Part shown: positions 24,339-34,783 of the stretch, piece by piece | Layout: every line of letters begins with the position of its first letter | How positions within the stretch are numbered: the first letter of the stretch is position 1 | Origin: Naegleria gruberi | Taxonomy: Eukaryota | Reading direction: 5' to 3' (one strand) | Assembly: GCA_000004985.1 (NCBI GenBank) | Contig: GG738915.1 | DNA length: 64,000 nt | The notes under the pieces: generated by a model | What the model was told of the DNA's origin: nothing | Seen by the model: only the letters and a program-made list of their open reading frames with translations | Database searches by the model: none | Position numbers and translations under genes: made by a program

Positions 24339-26216
24339 TTAATCAACTGTGTTGGTTTTTCTTTTAGAAGCTTGAATTAATCGTCTTGTCTTTTCAATCT
24401 TGTTTAAAGTTTCTAGTAGAATCTTATCTTGCTCGTCCAGTAACATGAACAGTGAAGATTGATCAATTTGATCATTTTCCTTTTGTAATTCTTGTTGAGA
24501 AGTAGGTATTTTCATTTCAGGTTCTCCTCCACTCACACTATTCGATTCTGCTAATTGTTCAGAGAGAGCTGCTTTTGCTCCAGCACTTTGAATACTTTCC
24601 AGAGTGAGCTCACTATCATCGAGTTGCTCATCCTCATCCTCCAGTGCACTATCGTCATCCTCATCGACAGTTCCTCCATTCAAATTCAATTCGAGTTTCT
24701 CCATTTCGTATTGATGCAAAACTTCAGAGTAGGTTCTTCCAATAATCATGGATGGCAAGGCAACGATTAATAATCCAGTAAGAATGGAGATTGTTCCAAT
24801 TAATTTACCAATAATAGTGACAGGAATCATGTCGCCGTAACCTGTTGTGGTTATAGATATTAAGCTATACCACATTCCCATAAGAATATTGGAAAATGGA
24901 GAAATTTCTTTAGTTTTTCCATCCAGAGGTGAAAATCTCACAAATGCTTTCAATTCATGATCAAATGTTCCTCTCTCTATATTATGAAATTACATATTAA
25001 ATATTAAACATTGTAATAAAATGTAATGAATTGACCTACCTGCATAATAAATCAAAGTTCCCAATATAAATACAGTAGCAATTACAAAATAAATGACAGC
25101 CAACAATAAATCTACAGATCTTCGAATGGCAATCAGCAATAATCTGACCTTTCCTGAATGTTTAGTCAATGTGAAAACTTTCAACAATCTCAAAACTCTG
25201 AAAACTCCAATAATTTGCAAATTCATAACCATTGAAGTAATGTAATGATCCTGTCCAAGTGAATATCTGAAAATATAATACAATACAACTTCCAAATAAT
25301 ATGGAATAAAGCTCATCAAGTCAATCAAGTTCATAATATTAAAGAAAAAGTACTTGGCATCCTTTTTCGAATAGATATTTCCAATCAATCTCAACATATA
25401 CTCAACTGTAAAGAAAAATGCTAAAATTCCTTCAATTATCCACCAAGTATTTTCAAATTGATAAAGTTCTGCAAAAGATTCCAAAATCAAGACAATGACA
25501 GATATCAAAACTATAAAATTAACAATTATTGCAATGAGAAATGCCCATTTGGAAGATTGTGGTTGATTCATTAATAGATAAAGTCTATGTCTCCAAGTTC
25601 TTTCTTCTCTTTTTTTGGGAATGACATTTTTCAATAATCTGATGGATTGTCTTGACATGACAATTTTAGGTTGCATGGCTAGCTCATCAATGGAGTATCT
25701 GTCACGTGCCATTTTAGAATTGCCATCTCTACTAGTGTAATATTCGGTAGGATTAGTTTGGTTTGTTTCGGTTTCTTCATCATCAATGATAACAACATGA
25801 TTTTCATCAATCATTTTCATGGTGTCAGTGGTTTCTATAAAATTATTAATCGAATTACCAATGGATGTAATTGGAGATGATGGATTTTCATTCGAATCTC
25901 TAAACGAAACTCCACGATTGACTGTCGGAGAAGAAATATTCTTGGAGAGTCTATTTTTCTGAGCTAAACTTCCAGCTTTCTTTAATATTGAAGGCCTTCT
26001 CACGTGTTCTCCTTTTTTACTATTGATCCCGAAATTCGAAATGAAACTATCTTCATCTTGATATACGAAAGATGGAGAATCATCGTAATAGTCATCATAA
26101 ACTGGTGATTTTTTGTGATGATGGTGATGACTAGCTGATTCTTCACTTTCGTTCAAAGTTTCGTCCTGAGGAGTGTTGTCTCCAGCAGATTTCGAATGTT
26201 TCTTTCCTCCAAGCAT
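24339..26216 (-). CDS. Voltage-gated K+ channel (Kv-like), two exons: 26216..25040 and 24976..24339, with a 63-nt intron GTAGGT...ATATAG
   Basis: S4 voltage sensor IGVFRVLRLLKVFTLTKHSGKVRLL (R/K at every third position). K+ selectivity filter TTTGYGD in exon 2. Several TM helices. The intron keeps the frame (phase 1: GCA G|AG). The track showed two separate ORFs. Confidence 0.8.
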
Positions 26217-26558
26217 TTTTTTTTAGTTATGAAAATTGATGGAAGGAAGAAAGAATTTTGGATGACGACTTTGTATTGGGAAGGAATGGATTTTGATAAA
26301 TGTTTTCCAATCCAAGAATTTCAAGGAACATTGTTACAGTATTCCAATTAATTTCATTATGTTTTCTTAATTCTATTTTGAAATGAAGCTTCTATTTTTG
26401 CAAAATAGAAGTAGTGCGAAAATGAAATTTTAGGGTTGGGAATTCTTAACTCTAAAAATGGCAGGTTACTAAATTCAATTCTTGATTATTCCACAATTTT
26501 CACTCAATAAATAGCGAACATTCTTCTTATTCAAGATTTTCAAAAAAAAAACTAACAA

Positions 26559-28658
26559 ATGCTTCCCAGCAACAAGCAATCTTCTTCAAACCAAGAGGTT
26601 TCTATGAGCAAACTCCATGCTCAGTCCAACAAGTACAGAGAAATCAATGATGAACTCTCTTCAATTCTTCAAAATTTTGAAGATCTTCGTCCACCAAACA
26701 TTGTTGTTGTTGGTGAGCAAAGTGCTGGTAAAAGTTCTGTTCTCGAATACTTGAGTGGTGTTAAATTCGTAACAGGTCAAGACATGGTCACTCGTTGTCC
26801 ACTCCAATTAAGAATGAATCATTCATACGGTGAAGAAGCTAAAGCTATTGTTAAGAGTGCTAAAATTGAAAGCCCAATTGAAATTCCCAATCCAGAGTCT
26901 GAAGATGGAGCCAAACTTTTGGATGATACTATCAGAAATATTACTCAACTTCACATTGGAAATGAAACAGTTGCCAATGAGCTGATTGAAGTTCAAGTCA
27001 TCTCTCCACACGTTCCAGATTTAACTCTTGTCGATTTACCAGGTTTGATAACTAAAAGCTCTAAAGATAATCCGTATCTTGCTGAGAACATTAGGGAACT
27101 TGTTAGAAAGAATATGACTGAGAAGGATTGTATTCTTATCGTTGGAGATGGTGGAAGAGACTTACAAACTATTGTCGGGTTCACAGAAGCTGAAGAAGTT
27201 GACAAGGATCAAAAAAGAACGCTCTGTGTTCTTACCAAAGTTGACAAATGCATCAATGATAAGGAAATCAGACAAAAATTAATCAAGTCTCTCAAGAATG
27301 AGGGATCTATTTCCCTATTGCATGGTTTTGTCGCCTTGAAGAATCGCACTAGTGACGAGAAGCACCTTTCCATTGAAGAATGTGAAAAAATTGAAAGCTC
27401 ATTGTTAGATTCTTTGGATGCACCTGATGGAAGTAAGGGAAGAGCTGCACTTATTGAAAAGTTGACTCAAATTCAGAATGAGCACTTACAAGAAAGTATT
27501 CCAAAGCAAAAAGAGTTGCTTCAACAAGAACTTATCAAAATTGAGTCCCAACTTGAAAACACCTCCAATAATATTCAACAATTTTATGCTTATGGAGATG
27601 AGGCGTTGATAAGAAGCTATGAAACTAGTATTTCTAGTTTAGTTTCTGCATTCAAAGACATTTCAGTTAATACAGAAATACTTGACATGTCCTCTTCTGA
27701 AGATTTGAAGAAGTCAGTAACTTCAAATCCATTAAGCTTGTCTGTTTTCTCCTCTGTTACCGAAGCATTATCCGAAGAGATATTAACCATATTGACCTCT
27801 TCTAAAACTCAAATCAATAATTATTTTGAAGCCATTACTAAGTTCATTGACAAAACAAGTGGTTTCCCTGGTCTCCCTGATCTCTACCAACCAACAATAC
27901 TGTTAAAACTTGCAAATTTAGAAATGGCAAATGTACGTAAGGTTGTTGATAAATATGTTTTGGAAGCATGGGAAAGAGTGAAACGTATGTTGTTAAAACA
28001 TCTTGTTCCAAAGCAGATAGGATCTTCCAAGCTTGAAAAAATGTTGAAAACTGAATTGAAGCAACATTATGATTCTGTATTCAAGACAACCAAGAAGATC
28101 ATTGATAAGGTATTTAGAAGAGAGATTCAAAGAACATTCACCATGGATAAATCGTATGCAGTTAGATCTCAGCTCATCAGACAATTATGCAAATTGAAAG
28201 GTAAGCAACAAGAAAGCTATGAAGCGGAAACCTTGAAAGAACAACTGTCACAGTTTGGCTATTCAGATGATATTACCTTTGTGTCTTATCTCCAAGATTT
28301 ACCTGCTAAGAGTTCCAAACAGAGTGCTGCTATTGAGGTATTGATCAAATTCAAGTCTTATTTGAATATTGCTGCTACAAGAATCGCTGATCAGGTTTCT
28401 CAAATATTGTATGATGAATTAATCATAAGCCCTTGTGAAGAAATGCCTCAATGTCTTTCAGTTAAGAGAGTGAACAATAAGAGGGTTTCCAATTTTCCAA
28501 TTGAACCAATAGAACTTCCAGGTGTTCCAATCCAGCGTATTATTGATGTTATGAAACCAAGCAAATCAGAATTGGATTCTTATCGCAAGCTCTTAGAAAA
28601 ACATCAAGCAGTCAAGAAGGCCATCGAAGTAATCGATAGATTGGACTGGGAATATTAA
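26559..28658 (+). CDS. Dynamin-family large GTPase (699 aa)
   Basis: G1 motif GEQSAGKSSVLE, DLPG (DLTLVDLPGLI) and TKVD (G4), followed by middle and GED-like helical regions. ATG at 26559, preceded by an A10 tract. Confidence 0.85.
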   Translation: MLPSNKQSSSNQEVSMSKLHAQSNKYREINDELSSILQNFEDLRPPNIVVVGEQSAGKSSVLEYLSGVKFVTGQDMVTRCPLQLRMNHSYGEEAKAIVKSAKIESPIEIPNPESEDGAKLLDDTIRNITQLHIGNETVANELIEVQVISPHVPDLTLVDLPGLITKSSKDNPYLAENIRELVRKNMTEKDCILIVGDGGRDLQTIVGFTEAEEVDKDQKRTLCVLTKVDKCINDKEIRQKLIKSLKNEGSISLLHGFVALKNRTSDEKHLSIEECEKIESSLLDSLDAPDGSKGRAALIEKLTQIQNEHLQESIPKQKELLQQELIKIESQLENTSNNIQQFYAYGDEALIRSYETSISSLVSAFKDISVNTEILDMSSSEDLKKSVTSNPLSLSVFSSVTEALSEEILTILTSSKTQINNYFEAITKFIDKTSGFPGLPDLYQPTILLKLANLEMANVRKVVDKYVLEAWERVKRMLLKHLVPKQIGSSKLEKMLKTELKQHYDSVFKTTKKIIDKVFRREIQRTFTMDKSYAVRSQLIRQLCKLKGKQQESYEAETLKEQLSQFGYSDDITFVSYLQDLPAKSSKQSAAIEVLIKFKSYLNIAATRIADQVSQILYDELIISPCEEMPQCLSVKRVNNKRVSNFPIEPIELPGVPIQRIIDVMKPSKSELDSYRKLLEKHQAVKKAIEVIDRLDWEY

Positions 28659-28977
28659 ATATTTCTCCTCATTATATATCAAATACATTAAATAATCAAT
28701 TTATATTACTGTTCTTTTCCCGATTGTTCCATAATATGTTCTTCAATACAATAGGACCTTTTACCATTTCCAAGTTACTTTTCAATATTGATGAGAATCA
28801 ATTCTCTCTCATAATCTAGATAGCAAAGCTAGTTTTTTTCAGTTTTTGAAAAAAAAAGTACCGTAATTAATTCTTTGGGCGGCAAAAAGTTCATCAGTGA
28901 AATATTAAACATCTCTTTTAAAAAGAGCGCGCAGAAACAACACAGTGAACCCATCTCAAAAGAAATATCAAAAAAAA

Positions 28978-30351
28978 ATGCAAGACATTGAATTAAGAGA
29001 TGGTATTAAGGCCTCTGGGTCGGTACATCAGGAAGGACCTATACAACTTCAACAACACACTTCACCTGTTCTTACTAAGGTGGAGATTCAACAAATATCA
29101 CCTCCTCGTAATAAGAGTATTCTGTCCAAAGTTTTATGTGGTTTGTGCATTACCTTTGTTGTTTGCTTGTTGATTTTGGTGTTTTTGGTAATTGCAGTCT
29201 TTTTAATTGCTTGGTTTGTAAGTAGGATTGAACAATTTTATTGATAAACTTACGGATCCATATTTCATTGGCATATTTTCTAGGGTGGAGGAGCCTTTTT
29301 ATGGGATTTTGCCTTCAAACCAGATAAAGAATCAGATTGTTTCAAGGCGATGAGAGACAGTAGGCCTTGGAATTATACCTTGGTTGATATTGTTGATTAT
29401 TGCGAACCTATTGCGGAGAATATCAACACAACAGAATATTTTGCACCTTACTTTATTCCATCTGTTTCGAATTTAATTGAAACAGTAACTTTTAAATCAC
29501 GTGATCCTGATTGGGTTGCCACAGGAAAGGGAAATATTGTTGGTACATTTATTCCTCAACCTTCTATCAATAGTAATAGCAAGTTTATTATTGTCATTCA
29601 CGGAATTAGAACATGTAGATTCACTTATGCTTCATTGGAACCAGCCTCAATGTTATATAGAAAGGGATATAATTTACTCTTAATTGATTTGAGAAATCAT
29701 GGAGATTCGGATGACTATGATAAAAACCCTTATGGCAGCTTTGGATATTACGAACATAGAGACGTTTTGGGTGCTTTGGATTATCTCACCAAACGTTTCA
29801 CATTCTTGGATACTCAAACACCAGATGTGTCATTATTTGGTAGCTCTATGGGAGGTGCTACAGCCATTGTTACTTTTGCAAAGGAGAAGAGATTTAAATT
29901 ACTCTTCACTGACTCTGCACCATGTGATGTGTACAAGACCTTATTCACCAATGCAGTCTCTGTAACTGGTTCTGAATCATTTGCCCAGACTGCAATTCTA
30001 AGTACAAAATCTGTTGCCTTAGTGAAAGGAAATATGGGATTCCCTCCATTCCCTCTTGATCCAGAAACACTGATGAAAGAAGTGGACTTGTCAGGAGATA
30101 GAAGAGTATTCTTCTTCCAAACTAGTGGAGATTGGATTGTTCCAGATTACAATATGCAAATTTGTGTCGATGCTGCTAGAGGTGCTGCTACCAAACAAAA
30201 CCTCAATCCAGATGAAAAGGTCAAGTCCTACATGCACACAGTCCAATACCCAACAGGAGTACCAACCTCTCGATTCTATTGTGCCAACCATTTAGTTTCC
30301 ATGTTTAACAATGCTACCATGTACAATCAATTGTTAAACTCATTCTTTTAA
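28978..30351 (+). CDS. Membrane-anchored alpha/beta-hydrolase, two exons: 28978..29217 and 29284..30351, with a 66-nt intron GTAAGT...TTTTCTAG
   Basis: Exon 1 encodes a TM anchor (LCGLCITFVVCLLILVFLVIAVFLIAWF). Exon 2 carries the nucleophile elbow GSSMGG and an HG..DSDD region. The splice is in frame (phase 0). The true ATG lies 33 nt inside the track ORF, after an A9 tract. Confidence 0.7.
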
Positions 30352-30495
30352 TAAAAACCATTCAACGTCATTCATCCAATATCTGTGCCAAACATTCATG
30401 TGTCTCTCCAACAGTTCTTGAAATTCCTTTTTAATTCAATTGAAAATCAAGTAAATTTCACAAGCCAAATATCTTGCGAGTTTAGCTTGGAAAAA

Positions 30496-33400
30496 ATGCT
30501 GAAATTCACCAATGCTTCTCGGCTATTGAATTTGCTGATGAATAATCAACAACAGCAGCAGATACATAATCATCAACAACAACAGAATCAGCTGCTGATC
30601 AGCAGTGCTGGAGGTGTTGATATGGGGACGGGTTCGGGTGGCAAGGAGGTGATGATCAGTTTGAGTGGTGTTTCTGGAGAAAGCAGTAGTATTATTATTG
30701 GGAACAGTGAATCATCTACAACACCAACAACAACAGCAGGTTTACCATCATCAACCTCTACAACATCAACAGTGGATCAGATGGATAAGGATCAACAACA
30801 AGAATTCCCACAAGAAGATGAAAGTTTGAAATCAACAAGCAATAATAATAATTTAATTAATTCTTCAACATCATCCAATACAACAATAGAAGGAAAATTG
30901 AATGGAATTTCTTCGGAGATTAATCAAAGCCTTTTATCTGATGATTTAATGAATAGTATAACATCAACGAGTACTAGTACTGATGAAATTGTAATTGATA
31001 AACCTTCTTCGGAACTAACAGAAAGTAATGCTACTACTAATACTCCCACTAATACAAGACCTAAATCGAGGAGGAAGCGAATTTCAACCTATGTCGTTGG
31101 ACAGGAAAGATCAAATTTGTTTCTTGTAGTTCGTGATGATCTAATTTTGGTAAGTGTCTTTATTCTGATCATTATCAACCTTCTTTCTCATCATGAATTA
31201 TATTATTATTATTATATTATTAAATAATGGATGTATTATTAATTGTGGATCAATTTTTGATAATGATGATAATAACAACAAATAGAACAAAACTTGTATT
31301 GAATTAGTGGAATTTCCGATTGTCAAGTCGAGTAAACAGGGAATGAATGAAATCACCAATGCTGATAGGAAAGTATTATACATTCATCACTCCAAAATGA
31401 AATGTTTATATGCATCAATTAATCCTCAACGAAACTTGCTGGCTTTTACTCACTTTTACAAGGCAAGCAACAACCAGCTGTACTATGAAATCTTTATTGT
31501 GGAAATTAATTCCTTATTCAATAAGGAGTGGAATGCTGAAAATGTTGTTAAATTTCAAGAACAACAAAATAGATTCATCTTCCGACCTCCACAAACATCT
31601 ATGCACGTTTTTCAATGTATTCAGTTCATTCATCCACCACAAGTTGATTTGAATTCTGACAATAGTATTACCGAGTCGAAAAATACCCTTCCAGTTGATA
31701 ATAAGAATTGCAGGTTCTTGTTTGTCACTGAGAAGGAATCCATCAAAATGTTTAACATTGTTTTTAGTGAGTCATCGAGCAGTATATTTAGTAGTTTATT
31801 TAAAAAGAATCAATCTTCCAAGATTGTGGAAAGCATTGGAGAATTGGTAATTTTTGCAAAGAATTTCATTTGGTGGCAATATGATCCAGTGAGGAGTTTA
31901 TTGTACTATATGACAATTTTGAAGGATTCTTCATCGACCAATGAAAATTCAGAACCTGAACTCTTAAAAACAATGTGTAATTTACGATGTGCCTCTATTT
32001 CAGAGAAGAAACCTAACCAAATTTTAGAATGTACAATACCAGTGACGTTTCAACGATCCATTTTAGAAAGATCAATATACACTCACGAAAAGATTAGATT
32101 ACCTTGGAGAACTGGTCCATCTAGTTTTGATTCTAATACAACTTTTCAAATAGTTCGATTGGAAAATGTTAGTATTTAATTTATTTAATATTTATTATAT
32201 ATTATTTTTTATTAATTATAGAACTGCCTATGTCTGTGTCAACAACAGGCGAAATATTCGAGTAATATTCCTGATAACTTTATTGATGTTGCCATTTTCA
32301 TTCTTCATCACAAGAAAAAGATGCACTTTTCAATTCCTCTACCAGCTGATGGGAAATCTTCAACGAGTCATCCAAGAGTATTCTTTGGTTCGTGCAGAGA
32401 TACTGTCATTGTGTACATTCCTGGGTGGTATTTGCAAATTGTGGACTGTTCCAAAGATCATGAACCTTGGCCTCTGATGAATTTCATAGGTTCAGATACT
32501 GTACCCTTCCTGGACAATGAATCAACAAGTGTCATTGATAGAAAATCTGAACAGGATGTTGTTTCACTCTTTTCTGGATCTAGCTCTGGTGGATATATTC
32601 TCGATTTGAATAGAGGACTACTTTTCAAGTATGATTTCAATTTTGATAACATGTTAAATTGGCTGGTTAACTTGAAAAAAGAACAGAGTTCAATGTACAA
32701 TCCTACCAATATGTATTCAGCTCCGAACATTAGGAAAACCACTATTCAATTTTTACATTTGGCCATCACTCATTTCAAGAATAATATATTTACAGAGAGA
32801 ACAATACGAGCCTTTTGTGAACCTTTTCCTGTTAATGGTTGTGACAGTCGTTGTAAACATACTACACTGGTCGACGACGAAGTACTCTTTATGGAATATT
32901 TAATTGGAGCAGGATATATGGAGTTGGCTTCAAATATTTCAGCTTCCACCTCATACACTGCCTCCATACTAACCAATTCATCTTCATCCAGTATTGCTGA
33001 TAAGGAATTTTTGAGATATATCCCAATTTCACTATTGGAATGTGGAGAAAATAGCCAATATCTTGATGATTACTCATACGATCAGTCATTTGTAACCACT
33101 AAAATTGGAAATACTATGGGAAACAATATTTTCACAAAAACAGTATGTAGCACTTCAAATATTTGAATTTAAATATTATTTAATATTATTTTGAAATATA
33201 CAGTTCGATTCCATTGTAAGAACCATTCCATATCCAAGAGAAAATACCGAATGCTCACTCGATTTAATCAAACAAGTCAAGTCACAACTAGCCAGTTCAC
33301 CAAAGTTTATTCCACTCGCTGTTTATTTGGCCCACCACAAGAATCACATTCTCACTCCACCAAGTCCCTCCGTAGAAAGACAAAGTAACAATATAAATGG

Positions 33401-34622
33401 AAAATATTTTGAGGAGAAGAATACCTACTTTCAAAAGAAGTGGTTCAACAGTATATTTAGCTCTCCAAAAAGTTCAGAAAAAGAGGATGACTCTTACTAT
33501 GAAGACACACCAGAAGACTCGGAATTAGATGCCGAAAAACTTAGAGTAAGACAAACGAAAAAGATTGATTTCTACTCTGAAAAATCCAAAACAGATTTTA
33601 TAGATGTTTTAAGTAACTTTCTACTTGTAAATAGTCAACTAATACCAATTGATTTGCAAGAATATACATCAGCAGGACCAACCAAAGCTACCAGAATGAA
33701 AACCATTTTAGATTACACTAGTTCCCTATTCCAACTTTCACAATATTTATTTACTACCCTCACTCAAATCCTCCATACCTTCCATCAAAAACAACGACAT
33801 TTCAATCAGGGAAAATGTACAGAAGTGTATCCAATGTGGTATTTCCATCTCTTGCAAAAATTACACGTTAGTTTGGAGGAAACAAACTTTCCTTCTCCAT
33901 CTGGATTTTTAGAACATTTTGCCACAGTTGGTGTCCATGTTCTTCCTCTCAATAATCTCATTCAATACATCAATAGGGAGATGTTCATTGTGACTGATAA
34001 TGTTATTCATGAAGTTATGAAAAAGTCACAACAACAAACAAGTGAAAAGGAAAAGAAAGCTTGGTGTTCACTAATGAGATCACTCATTCAAAAGCTCAAA
34101 GACAGAGAAAATAGAGACGTATTCCACTATGAAAGAATGCTCTCCTGCATGTTAAATCAACCAAGCTCTGAAAATACCGTACAAAATATTCTAATTAATT
34201 ATTATCACAGTTTATTAGTTGAACAAATTGACACTGTCAAGATACCCAATCCCAAGAATAGTAATGTCACTCCACTTGATTGTATTCAATTCTTAGAAGA
34301 ATTTAAATTACAGAGAGAAGAAAATCCATCAGAATCTCTATTCACATCCTTCCTTCCACTCTCCTATTATTTACTCTCCATAAAATCCCTCAATGGAACT
34401 CTCCTACCAAAACCAACTCTCCTCCGCATGTCACACATGAATAGTTTTGATTCCAGTGATAGTGATGATAACACAACCAATGAAATTTCATCTCCAAGAA
34501 TGAATACCAATTTTTACTCTCTTGTACAGGGAATAGAGTATTGCTTTGAAGGAGATCAAGATGCCTACATTTACTTTTTGAAGAAAAAGACAGAAAAGGT
34601 ATTGAATACCACCTTTTTTTAG
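30496..34622 (+). CDS. Large uncharacterised protein (about 1300 aa) encoded by four exons: 30496..31149, 31286..32167, 32222..33142, 33204..34622. The N-terminal third is poly-Q/S/T low-complexity.
   Basis: Three canonical introns, each joining a track ORF in phase 0: GTAAGT...AATAG, GTTAGT...TTATAG and GTATGT...ATACAG. No recognisable catalytic motif. Confidence 0.5.
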
Positions 34623-34783
34623 TAATTTATTTTGTAAAAATTATAAATATTCAATATTTGGCCTCTGCACTAAGGAAAGGTTTTCTTTACAAGTATTTAA
34701 TACTCCGCTTTCCTTGTGAAAATTTCCAATAGTTTAAATTTAGGATATTTGAATATACCTCCAATTTTCAATTTCATAAAAAC

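Noticed and set aside
24339-26216. Treating 24339..24953 and 24990..26216 as two separate genes
   Set aside because: The second ORF has no ATG (TTG). A canonical 63-nt GT-AG intron joins them in frame, and only the joined product contains both the voltage sensor and the pore.
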